Origin: Hydrolagus colliei
Taxonomy: Eukaryota
DNA length: 64,000 nucleotides
Direction of reading: 5' to 3'
Assembly: GCA_035084275.1 (NCBI GenBank)
Contig: CM068769.1
Coordinates: forward strand, 1,674,001 to 1,738,000
Shown: positions 10,530 to 21,699 of the stretch, piece after piece
Numbering within the stretch: the first letter of the stretch is position 1
Layout: the number at the start of each line of letters is the position of its first letter
Notes under the pieces: model-generated
The model's database searches: none
Seen by the model: only the letters and a program-made list of their open reading frames with translations
Told to the model about the DNA's origin: nothing
Program-made: the position numbers and the translations under genes

Positions 10530-11020
10530 TGTAAGTACAATTTTGTTGCTGTTGTTCACGTCGGATGGACGTCCGAAGCCGCTGACCAGTGAGCTCGAGA
10601 ACTGAGCAATGGAGAGTGCAGCGTCTTGGGGAGGGTTGTGAGAGAGGTGACACTGGAGGGCGAGAGTTAGCAGCGAATGGACAGAGCGAGTAGGGCAGGA
10701 GAAGGCACGGTCGAAGAGTAGCGTCTTGAGACCGACATTGAAGGAGGCTATGGAGGTAGGGAGCTAGTCAGTCGAAGGGACTGTGGGAAGGAGAACCAGA
10801 GAGCAGCGAATGAAAATCCGTCCACCGATAATAGGGCGGGTCAGGCGGGGGACAAGGAGCAGATCAGATCCCACTGAACGGCGGGAGAACGGAGGTTAAT
10901 AGGATGACAGCAGATCGGCGAGTTGGTGGTGGGTAGGGGTGGCTAGGGGTTGGATCGCGAGGCTGGCAAGGCCGTGAATGGCCTTAAAGGTGTGGAGGAG
11001 GATTTTGAATTCGAAAACTT
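10530..11020 (-). mobile_element. L2 LINE 3' fragment
   Basis: RIEFKIL-type coding remnant with an L2 tail and (CAA)-rich end. Confidence 0.7.
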
Positions 11021-11329
11021 CATGCTAATTGACAAACAATCTGCATTTTTATTTTTGTGACATAAATAATAACCTTTGTCCTCAAATCCTATTGCCTCGT
11101 GGACCAACACAATCATGTCTTCAGTGACTGTTCTTTTTCGAACCATTGATTAAACCTTTTGTATCTGCACGTCCAGAACTGGTGTCACCTCTAAGCCACA
11201 GATGTCAAGCAAAGCATTGTTCATCGAACAGCTCAACAAACCAGGACCTTTGAAGTTATGTCAGTGACAATAATATGATTATGCTTTATACACAAATTAA
11301 TGCTAGCGTTTGACTACGCACCATATCAC

Positions 11330-11510
11330 ATATTTTACAGTAATTTTTACCAATGGAAAATGAATGTACAAGTCAACTAACAAACAGGTTTGAACTTAAT
11401 ACTGGGTAAACGGTGCAGATTAAGAAAACTTCAACAAAGATTCGTTCTGCATGGAATTGAACCCAGGTTCCTCGCTGGCGATATGAGTGCTCTAAAAACT
11501 GAGCTATATG
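11330..11510 (-). mobile_element. tRNA-derived SINE head 3' of the V4 RSS
   Basis: A-box tagctcagttttt (11494-11506), B-box GGTTCAATTCC (11453-11463). Confidence 0.75.
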
Positions 11511-11522
11511 ATTACACTTGGC

Positions 11523-11561
11523 AGTTTTTGTAGGGCGGAAGCGCTGATCTGTGTCTCTGTG
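11523..11561 (-). other. RSS of V4: CACAGAG / 23 bp / ACAAAAACT
   Basis: Heptamer 11555-11561 and nonamer 11523-11531. Confidence 0.94.
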
Positions 11562-11871
11562 GGGCTCATTGCACAGTAATACACCGCCGAGTCATTAACT
11601 CTCACTTCAGTTATATTTATCGGTACAGTTCTTCCCACTTCATCCACCATCGTTGAGAATCGTTTGTTTGTAAAGTCGGCATATTGTGGTCTATTGCTAG
11701 TGGACGTCGAAAGGATATATTCTGGGGCTGTGTTTGGGTAATGACGGTACCAGAACAGATAAAGAACGCTTGTGCCTGTAGCTGTGTAATTACACCTCAG
11801 ATACACATCCTCCCCTTCCTTCACTGTCACGGTAGATTGGAGCTGCGTCACAGAGTCTCCTCCACAATGTC
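11562..11871 (-). CDS. TRAV: TCR V exon, gene V4 (family B), open frame
   Basis: Acceptor tttccAG|GA CAT. Reads HCGGDSVTQ...YLRCNY...LFWYRHYP...NDSAVYYCAMSP. Confidence 0.95.
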
Positions 11872-12366
11872 CTGGAAATCAGACACACGTCAGCGTTCAG
11901 CAGAATAACAGCAATAACAAGAATAATGTCGGCATATGACAAAACTACATCTTGCGTCTTCATGTTAATTGAACGTTTACTACTGATTGTAGTTTAACGT
12001 ATACTGTCGGTTTACTTTACGGTCGAAACGTAGTAGACATTTGTACACAAAAGTGTTCCACAAACAGTCGTGGATTGAGTAACTGTTTTAACATTATCAG
12101 TTTCACATATTGACAGATAATTACCCCCCAATAAAGCAATCGGCGAACGGACCATATTCGAAATTACTTCCCAGGAATCACAGCAATGCATGATGAGTGA
12201 CAAAATTTGCCTAATGTTTCGCGCTGTCCCGGCCGTGGAAGGATCCCAGGTACTCTCGATTGTGACAGCTCTGTAAAGCTTGTTGTGTATTCATTATGTT
12301 AAGCAATAAACACTGGGCTGGATAATAAGTGCAGTTGGCTGACTATACAATGAGTGTATGGCTTAC

Positions 12367-12412
12367 CTGACAAGGCAATGATGGCTGCTGCCACGTATAT
12401 ATACATTGCCAT
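12367..12412 (-). CDS. TRAV: Leader exon of V4
   Basis: MAMYIYVAAAIIALS+G, donor G|GTAAGC. Confidence 0.9.
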
Positions 12413-12517
12413 GTATATGTAAAGGGCGGTGATAGTTTAGTTGGAGAATGTAGGCCGGGAAGCGGTAATATACCGTGAGGAGAGCTGAACACTAAATGAC
12501 AAAGAGGGAACAGGTCT

Positions 12518-12596
12518 GAGGTTTATGTACAAACCTTGTGTCTCTGTCAATGTGCGTCATATTCTCTGCTCTGCCATCTCGCTCCTCCATTGGTAC
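12518..12596 (-). promoter_or_regulatory. V4 promoter motifs (CCAAT, TGACG, TACATAAA)
   Basis: Motifs at 12589-12593, 12555-12559 and 12522-12529; paralog of the V2 promoter. Confidence 0.55.
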
Positions 12597-12699
12597 TCTG
12601 CCATCACTGACATGTCTTTGATCCACCGGGTGTATGACACGTAGCAACATGGTTATTATTCAACTAGTGAGTACCAGTTACGTTGACTCCATGCTTCAA

Positions 12700-12980
12700 C
12701 TCGGTGTTCAGAGCACTAGCTTTTCAAGTGTGTGTTCGAATCCACGCAGATCAGGGCGAAAGCTTGGACAAGTTTCATTACACCACACACACGCCTAGTA
12801 CTAATCCGTGCAACAAAACCCACCACAATAATAGAATTGGTGATTTCAATCCACGATTGTTTGTGGGTCTGGCAGCCGCATTTCGCCCGCAAATATACAG
12901 TCAGTTCACTTCACAGTGTACTCTGTGAAGCGCTTTAAGACTTCGATAAGATGTGAAAAGCGTCTGTATCAAGTGCAATA
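12700..12980 (+). mobile_element. tRNA-derived SINE
   Basis: gttcgaatcc B-box, tatacagtcagttcactt body, gtgaaaagcgtct tail. Confidence 0.75.
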
Positions 12981-13199
12981 ATTCTTCTTATTATTATTAA
13001 TTAATGTTTCCTTTCCAGCGACATCATTATCTTGTTAAATAAGTGACTCGAAACACGTCTGTCTGTGGGACAATGCTGTTGTGTACGATTGGTTGACAAT
13101 CGAGTGATAATGTTTCTTGAATGGATTACCATCCTACAAAAGGCGACATGCTAATTGACTATTAAATGGGTCCCTATTCACACTTCGGCAAACAGACAA

Positions 13200-13562
13200 C
13201 AATACTAATAATCTATGCGTTCGATATAGTGCCTTACCACTCATCGAGACGTCGAGGAGCGCTTCCCTGGTTGTAATGTGCTTTGCGTTTTACTTTATAT
13301 GTTATCGGATAAATGCGGCACATACCTGCGCACAACAGTCTCTCACAAAAAGTCGTTGATTGAAGTGATCATTTTAATTTGGAATTATGACACGCGGAAA
13401 AGCCATCGACTATTAGAATAATAAACTGATTCCTATTCAATCCTATGTACTCAGAAGCGTTTGGTGCTAGAAAACAATGACCGAGTTTTGTGCCTGCTGG
13501 GATACGAACCAGCAAACTTATCGTTTGTGAAACGAGTGCTTTAATCATTGAGCCACAGCAAC
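13200..13562 (-). mobile_element. tRNA-derived SINE 3' of the V5 RSS
   Basis: A-box tggctcaatgatt (13543-13555), B-box GGTTCGTATCC (13500-13510). Confidence 0.7.
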
Positions 13563-13569
13563 CTCAGCA

Positions 13570-13608
13570 TGATTTTGTACAGGCTCCTCTGGGACACGCA
13601 GCACTGTG
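13570..13608 (-). other. RSS of V5: CACAGTG / 23 bp / ACAAAATCA
   Basis: Consensus heptamer 13602-13608; nonamer has 2 mismatches. Confidence 0.93.
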
Positions 13609-13891
13609 TTCCATGCTGCACAGAAGTAATTGGCCGTGTCTGTCACTCGCACGTCTCTGATTGTCAGTGTGCTGTTCTTCTCTTTTGTATCAGCCAAAGC
13701 ACTTATCCTCTGCTCCGCCTTTACGCCTCTTTTTCCCAACACAAATAACCCTATGGAGCCGTTTCCATACTGTTTGTACCATTGGAAGTTGCGGACTTCT
13801 ATATTGGTCCTGCACTCTATAAACACATTTCCAATTTCGTTCTCTGCCATTGCCAGAGGTGTCTGTTTCACTTCGCTTTCAGCCAAAACAC
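13609..13891 (-). CDS. TRAV: TCR V exon, gene V5 (family C), open frame
   Basis: Acceptor ttcccAG|GT GTT. Reads VLAESEVKQ...FIECRT...FQWYKQ...VTDTANYFCAAW. Confidence 0.95.
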
Positions 13892-14013
13892 CTGGGAAAT
13901 ACAAATGAAGAATCTAGGAGAGCAATTTGGGGAAAACAAACACCACCATCGACAAAATTTATGGTTTCGCAGTAAAGCAAAGGTATGATTCTCCCAATAA
14001 ATAGTTTACTTAC

Positions 14014-14071
14014 ATAGCAGTGTTGTCATTGAATTTACAAATATATATAATGGATTGAAATTCGGCTTCAT
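14014..14071 (-). CDS. TRAV: Leader exon of V5
   Basis: MKPNFNPLYIFVNSMTTLL+T, donor T|GTAAGT. Confidence 0.85.
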
Positions 14072-14778
14072 TCTCTGGTTGAAACGTAACGAGCGTTCGG
14101 CAAGGTTGACTGGATTCTTTAGCTGTGCAGATGGTAATTATATTCTCGATCACGCCTTCACCCACAGCTGACTTCCGGCATGTTTGCTTGTTGTAAATTG
14201 TGCATTCATTAGTAGACTTTCATCAGTGCTCATGCTTACTGCTGGGTAAACAGTGCCATGTGTATGGATGAAAGTAACCCAGTCTTTCTGCTTAGTCGAG
14301 CAAGGAATACAAGTCCATATATGCACTTACCAATGCCAATCTCTGGGTGAGCGTCACAACAGTTGGAATTCAAAACATTCCTATTGCTATAACCACCCCA
14401 TTCGTCAGGGTTTTGTCTTGCAGGATTAATAGGAGCAGAGTGGAATGACTCCACGTCAATCCTGACTTGTCTGCTCGTCTAGGTCCTACTGATGAACCAG
14501 CCTGGTCTACCCTGTCATCCGCAGTATCGTGAAGTACTGCGAACCTGTCTACCTAAACAAACATGTCTACCACTGCAACTGGACTAGAGACCGTCACAGA
14601 TAGTTGGATAGATTCTGATATTCCGTTACAAAATTCAAGATAATCTGCCGTGAGAACTGCTTCCCTCCCACAAGTAGGAGAAGTGATTTTACTCAGAACA
14701 TTGTGGACGTTTACATAGTGCAACTGCACCCTCTTTCGGCAGTAAAGCGCTACTACGCATTTTCATTTTTAATTGAGT

Positions 14779-17700
14779 AACAACAACAACAACAAATTAC
14801 ACTTATAAAGCGACTTTCACGTCGGGGAGACGTGCCAAGGCGCTGCACAGGAGGCGTGTGATCGGAGCTGGCAGGGGATTGCACGAGGAGGGGTGAAACA
14901 CTTAGGGGAGGTCGAAAAATTCTGGGTGGAACAAATGGAACGGTCGAAGAGGAAAGTCTTCAAACCGGTCTTGAAAGAGGAAACGGAAGAAACGAGACGG
15001 AGAGATTGAGGGATGGAATTCCGTAAGCTGGGAGCGGAAAAACTGAAGGCCCGGCCTCCGATGGTGGGGCGTTTCGGGCGGGGGGCTTGGAGCAGGCCAA
15101 ATCCTGCTGAACGGAGGGTCCGGGTGGGCTTGTTGGAGGAGAGTAGGTTCGTTAATTAGGGCGGGGCAAGGCCATGTAAGGACTTGAAGATGAGGACGAT
15201 GATCTTGAATTTGATCCTCTGGAGGATGGGGAGCCAGTGAATACGTCGAGGGTGGGGGTTATATGGTCGCGAAGGCGGGATAATACACGGGCTGCAGAGT
15301 TTGGGATGACGTGCAGCCTATGAATGGAGGACCTGGGGAGGCCGACGAGGAGAGAGTTTCCGTAGTCCTGCCTACAGGTGATGTATGTGCTCACGAGTAA
15401 TTCGGCAGCGTGGGGGTTAAGATAATTGCGGAGCCTGGCAATATTGCGCAGGTGGAAATAAGCGGTGCCGGTCAAGGCACGGATGTGGGGGAGGAAGGAG
15501 AGTTTTTGGTCGAACGTGATGCCGAGGTTTCTGACTGGCTTTGTGAGGTGGGGAGTACAGCCTTGGAAGTTGAGGCTGGCAGCGGCCGATATGCGGAGGC
15601 GCTGGCTTGAGCCAATCAGGAGGGCCTCGGTCTTGCTCACGTTCAATTGCAGCAAGTCCAGGACTCGATGTCGGACAGACATGCTGTCAGAATATCGATG
15701 GTCTGGGGGTTGAGGGATGAGGCAGACAGGTACAACTGGGTGTCGTCCGCATACATGTGGAAATTTACCCCATGTTTGCGGATGACATCGCCCAGAGGGA
15801 GCGTATAAATGGTGAAAAGGAGGGGGCCGAGGACAGAGGCCTGAGGGACGCCGTGAGAAAATGTGCGGAAGTTTGAGGAAAAGCCATTGGAAGATACAAA
15901 GTGTAAACGGTGCGTCAAATAAAAATGGAACCAGTCAAGGACTATGCCTTGAAGGTTGAGGTGGGAGGAAAGACGTTGGAGGAGGATGGTGTGATCGACT
16001 GTGTCGAACGCAGCAGATATGTCAAGGAGGACGAGGAGGCAAAGGGAGCCCTGGTCACAGGCGGTTAGGATATCATTTGTAACCTTAACTAGGGAAGTTT
16101 CTGTGCTGTGAATAGGGCGGAAACCTGATTGGAGGGGTTCAAGAATTGAGTGAGTTGAAAGGAAAGAGCGGAGCTGGGAGGCAACCACTCTTGCAAGGAC
16201 CTTGGATAAAAACGGGAGGTTGGAGATGGGTCGATAGCTTGATGGTTGCGACGCATCAAGGGTTGGTTTCTTCAGGATACGGGTGATGGTGGCGGTTTGA
16301 AGGGAGCTAGGGACGGTGCCTGAGGAGAGGGAAATGTTGATGATGTCAGAAATGAACGGGTACAAAAAGTGGAGCTGGGTGTGGAGGAGGGGAGTTGGGA
16401 TGTGTTCCAGTGAGCACGTGGTGGGTTTCATGGAGGTGATTATTTTCGTGATTAAAGACGGGGAGTGGGGTTTAAAGTATGAAATGTTTGGTGGGTGTGT
16501 GTTGAAGTAACGGATGGAGGGGCGGAGGTGCAGGAGAGGTGGGTGGAGGAAAACGCGGAGCGGATTTTCTCTATTTTGGACTCGAGGAAGTCCATCATCT
16601 CCTCACAACGTTCGTTTGAGGAGAGGATCTGCAAAGCGAGACGGGGGGGGGGTGGAGGAACTGGTTGGTGGTGGCGAAGAGGATGCGGTGATTGTCCTTC
16701 GCATCCAGGATTATGCTGCAGTAGAAGGCTGATTTGGCGATGGCTAGGGCGGAGCGGTAAAATTTGATGCGTTCCAGCCAGATTTGCCGGTGGACCATGA
16801 GGCCAGATTTGAGCCAGGTGCGTTCACCTGCTCTCACTTGGATTTGAGTGAGCGGAGGTGAGTTGTGTACACGGTGATGATCGGGAGTGGGAGACGGTTC
16901 TGGAGGTGAGGGGGGCCAGGTGTCGAGGGTAGTGGAGAGGGTGTTATGGAGGGCGGTGGTGGCGGAGCAAAAAGAATGCCACTTTGGGAGGAGTTCGGAG
17001 GTTTCGAGGGCAGAGGTGAAAGTTTGAGGGGGAATCTTCTTCCAGTGCCGGCAGAAGATGGTGGTCGGTTTGGAGGTAGAGTAGGGAGGGATAGAGGTGT
17101 TGAAAGAAAGGCAAAAATGGTCTGAAATGGCCTTGTCGGTGATGGTGACGCCAGCGACGTTGAGACCTCGGGTGATCACCAGATCGAGCGGATGGCCGTG
17201 GGTGTGGGTGGCAATGTTAATGTGAAGGGAGAATTTGAAAGACGAAAGTATAGAGGAGAATTCAGAGGAAATGGGGCAGGAGGGAGTGAAATGGAGGTTG
17301 AAGTCGCCAAGAATGATCAGGCGATCAGAGGAGGCACGGAGGGAGGTTAAAAGTGAAGAAACGTCTGAAATGAAAGTGGGGGAGGGTTTGGGGGGGCGGT
17401 AAACCAATAGGATATTGAAGGAATTATGGGAGGAGTGAGAGAGTGTGAGCTGTTCAAAAGAGGGGAAGGAACCGGAGGAGTAGGGCGAGGGTTGACTTTG
17501 AAATAAAGGCAACACCACCGCCACGACGGCTGGGTCGAGGGGCATGGTGGAATGTGCGTGTGGCTTCAACGATGGGGAAAGTGTCGCCTGGGGTGATCCA
17601 AGTCTCCGTCAGGGCCATGATGTCAACGCTCTCATCAAGGATGAGATTGTTGATGGCCAGGGTCTTGTTGCAGACAGAGCGGACATTTTGGAGGCGGATG

Positions 17701-18780
17701 CGGAAAAAACAATTGGCCGAGGGGTGTGAGGGGGGACTGGGATGGTCGGCGGGGAGGGTTGGGATCTGGATAAGGGAGGAGTGGTTGACCCCCCGGGTTT
17801 GTGTCTAGTGGGGATGGCGCTGATGGTGGGGGGCAGGGCATTTGTTGTGGCTGCTGTTGGACAGCCAACGCCGAGTGCCACGGTGAGCCCGATGGAGAAT
17901 TCCAAAACTGGAACAGAGGGAAGCGGTGGGAGGGTCGAGCAGGGACAGTAGGCGAGGACTGCGAAGAGAAAGAAGGGTAGAGAAGGAATAACGGAGAGTG
18001 GGGGTTGGGGGGAGAAACTTGAGGAGGGGGAGGGAAGCTCGGGTCATGGCGGCAGCTATATTGAGCACGCGGGAGACAAGGAGCGAGGGATTAATAGGGC
18101 GTCATCATCCCAAGGGATGTGAGGCCGCGGCGGGGGGCTGCAGAGGCGCTGTGGTCGGGAGCCTGGCCGGGACTGAGGCCGAGACTGGGGCTGTGGGTTT
18201 CAGGGCCAATTGCCGGGGCTGCGTGGGCCCGGGCCATGGGTCGCCGGGTAGGCTGGAGCCGTGACCGGAGCCGCAAGTCTCGGGGCTGTGGGTCTTGGAG
18301 ACGGTCTTGGAACCGGGGCTGCGGGTCACGGAGCCGTTGGTCACGGGGCTGGAGCCGGGGCAGCGGGTCATGGGGCTGTGGCTGGGTCCGGGGCTGTGAA
18401 TCTCGGGGCTGGAGCCAAGGCTGTGGCTTTGGGTCCTGGGGCTGTGGCTGGGGCCGGGGCCGGGGCATCGAGTCCTGGGGCTGTGGCTGGGTCCGGGGAC
18501 GGGGCTGTGGTTCCTGGGGCTGTGGCTGAGGCCGGGGCAGTGGGTCCTGGGGCTGTGGCTGGAGCCGGGGCTGTGGGGCTTGGGGCTGTGAGTCTCGGGG
18601 CTGGAGCCACTTCTGTGGCTGTGGGTCTTGGGGCTGGGGCTGGGGCCAGGGCCGGGGCTGCGGGTCATGGGGCTGTGGGTCCGGTCGAGCAATCTCCGCC
18701 ATATGGAATTCTTAAACGTTTGCTGCAGAGAGGCAACTCTAGACCTGTGTGTCCCTCTCGCCGCCATCTTAAAAATATAC
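14779..18780 (-). mobile_element. Near full-length L2-clade LINE; ORF2 (APE + RT) broken by frameshifts
   Basis: APE motifs LQNVRS..NK, LTETW, RGGGVA, GDFNLH and SDH; RT motifs YRPISNLPFLSK, QSGFR..HSTETSL, LDISAAFDTVDH, GVPQASVLGP and YADDTQ; (TTG)n tail at 14779-14794. Confidence 0.93.
18260..18680. repeat. GC-rich degenerate minisatellite (cagccc/cggccc units) in the L2 5' region
   Basis: Visible periodicity; gives a Pro/Gln-rich ORF at 18091-18702. Confidence 0.85.
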
Positions 18781-18932
18781 NNNNNNNNNNNNNNNNNNNN
18801 NNNNNNNNNNNNNNNNNNNNNNNNNNNNNNNNNNNNNNNNNNNNNNNNNNNNNNNNNNNNNNNNNNNNNNNNNNNNNNNNNNNNNNNNNNNNNNNNNNNN
18901 NNNNNNNNNNNNNNNNNNNNNNNNNNNNNNNN
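18781..18932. other. Assembly gap (152 N)
   Basis: Run of N. Confidence 1.
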
Positions 18933-20086
18933 ACACAAACACACACAGACTGCGAGAGAGAGACACACACACAGACAGACTGGGAGAGAGAGACACACAT
19001 ACACACACACACAGACTGGGAGAGAGACGCACACTCACAGGGAGTGGGAGAGACTGTGGGAAAGAGAGAGTCACACACACACAGAATGGGAGAGAGAGAG
19101 ACATACACATACAGACTGAGGGAGAGAGAGGAGAGAGAGAGACACACACGCAGACTGGCAGAGAGACACACACAGACTGAGAGAGAAAGACACACACACA
19201 TAGAGACTGGGAGAGAGAGACACACGCAGAGACTGGGAGAGAGAGGGTGACACACACACACACACAGAGACTGGGAGAGAGAGAATCACGCACACATGCA
19301 CACACACAGAATGGGAGAGAGAGGCACACACACACAGACTGGGAGAGAGAGAGTGAGACACACACATAGACTGGGAGAGGGACACACACAAAAAAAGTAG
19401 CAGAGAGAGTACCGCACACATACACAGACTGGTAGAGAGAAAGTGGGACACACACATAGACTGCAGGAGAGAGACACAAACACAGATACTGGGAAAGAGA
19501 GACACACACACACGCACACAGAGTGGGAGAGACTGTGGGAGAGAGAGAGAGACACACACACAGACCAGGAGAGAGTCACACACAGAGACTGGGAGAGAGA
19601 GAGTCAGACACACACACACACACGGAATGGGAGAGAGAGACACACATACACACATAGAGACTGGTAGAGAGAGAGAGAGAGACACATACGCACTCACACA
19701 CACAGATTGGGAGAGAGAGACACACACACACACAAACTGAGAGAGAGACACACACACAGAGACTGGCAGAGAGAGACACACACACAGACTGGGAGAGAGA
19801 TACACANNNNNNNNNNNNNNNNNNNNNNNNNNNNNNNNNNNNNNNNNNNNNNNNNNNNNNNNNNNNNNNNNNNNNNNNNNNNNNNNNNNNNNNNNNNNNN
19901 NNNNNNNNNNNNNNNNNNNNNNNNNNNNNNNNNNNNNNNNNNGACTGGGAGAGAGAGACACACACACAGAGACTGGGAGAGACACACACACACACACAGA
20001 CTGGGAATGAGAGACACACACAGACTGTGAGAGACTGGGAGAGAGAGAGACACACACACACAGACTGGGAGAGAGACACACACACA
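18933..20086. repeat. Compound (GA)n(CA)n-GACTGG minisatellite, containing a 136-N gap at 19807-19942
   Basis: Directly visible; explains all the CVCVSLS/ERETHT pseudo-ORFs. Confidence 0.95.
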
Positions 20087-20782
20087 TGTGAAGTTGTACG
20101 TTTTTTACTCGTTCCTAGAACCGTTGTCTTACAAACAGACCATACACCGTGGATAGGGAAATGTAAAGTTTATTTACCGACAAGAGCTAATTCCCAGAAG
20201 TCAACAGTCTCCAAGTAGACCATTGGACACTCACGAGAATGAGCTGCAGTGATCAGTAAATGCAGCCTTTTTATACATAAAAAGCAGGGGTGTACTACAA
20301 GTACACCCAAAGGCAGTTGCAAAAATATTATCAATCACTTGGCTCCAACACACACACACAATCACTCCATGTCTCTCTAACAAGATTAAATGTTATCTAT
20401 TGATTAGTTCTTCACATACCAAGGATTTGTCGGCTATGGTTTAGAAAAATATAATATAAAGGAGTCCCAGTTTGGAACGATTCAGGCGAAAACAAGCTTA
20501 TATCCAGGTGGCGTTTGGACTAGACATCGTCACAGTTTCTTCAAGGTTTGCAGGAGTTACTGTTCCCTGTCCTGTAAAATGCTTAGATAAGGAAGCGACT
20601 GGCTTGGTGCCAATCTGCATTCCCCAGGATTTGCCTTTTTCATTTTGTTAGTGGGTTAAAAGTATAGAAATTACATCTAGGCATAAAATGGCTAATTTCA
20701 CATTTTGTTAGTGGGTTAAAAATATAGAAGTTACATCTAGGTATAAATGGCTAAATTTTACAATTTCACATTCCCTCCTTTT
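20087..20782 (-). mobile_element. LTR (TG...CA) with adjacent polypurine tract; truncated ERV 3' end
   Basis: Terminal inverted repeats TGTGAAATTGTA/TGTGAAGTTGTA; PPT AAAAGGAGGGAA (20771-20782) abutting the LTR; TATAAAA (20268-20275); AATAAA (20169-20174); 60-bp duplication in U3. Confidence 0.78.
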
Positions 20783-20809
20783 ATCATATCCCATATTCAT
20801 GTCATGTCA

Positions 20810-21632
20810 GAGCCTCCGCACCTCAGGCTCTGACAACGTCAGCGTTCAAGGCTGCTCTCTCCACCTCTCGAAGCCAATCAGGCATCTGGGCGTCATCTTC
20901 GACTCCGAACTATCCTTCCTCCTCCCACATCGGCTACATGAACGGCACAGCCGGTCATCACCTCCTTAATATTGCCAGAATCTGCCACAACCCCACACCC
21001 GATGCCGCCAAAACTCTCACGTACACCATTATCACTTCCAGGCTCGACTACGGGAACGAAGGGAGCTCTCTCCTCATCGGCCTCCTCCATTCCTCCTTTC
21101 ACAGGCTACAGATCATTCAGAATTCTGCAGCTCGTGTATTCTCCCGTAACAGATTTCGCGACTACATCACTCCTAACCTCGCCCGTCTCCACTGGCTCCC
21201 CATGCCCCAGAGGATCGAATTCAAGATACTCGTCCGCACTTTCAACGCCATTCACGGCATTGCCCCCGCCTATCTCTCTGATCTGCTGACTCCCTAGCAG
21301 CCTTCCCGCACTCTCCGTTCAGCAGACTCAGCCTTACACTCCCTCCACCGCCCTAACCGTCCATACATCAGCGGCCGGGCATTCAGCCTCTGTGTGCCCA
21401 CATTGTGGAACTCCATCCCACAGCCCATCCGCCTTGCCTCCTGCTGTTCATCTTGAAGTCGGGTCTGAAGACCTTCTCCTTCGGTCCCGCCTTCGGCTCC
21501 CCCACTAACTCTCCTTCCATATACTCCGAGACTCCCCCCAACACCCGCTCGTGTTCAAACCTGACTATTCAGCGCCTTGGGACGTCCTCTAGACGTGAAA
21601 GGCGCTATGTAATTGCAACTTTGTTGTTGTTG
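20810..21632 (+). mobile_element. L2 LINE 3' fragment
   Basis: ITSRLDYGN...IQNSAARV...LHWLPMPQRIEFKIL; tail gtgaaaggcgctat with (TTG)n. Confidence 0.88.
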
Positions 21633-21699
21633 TAGTGCATTCCCCGAATCTGTGTGAAAATTACACTTTTATTTTAGCCGTTTTCTAGACTCCTACAAA

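Noticed and set aside
18105-20218. Many long ORFs (CVCVSLS, ERETHT, GAVAG, PQPR)
   Set aside because: They are translations of simple repeats and N gaps.
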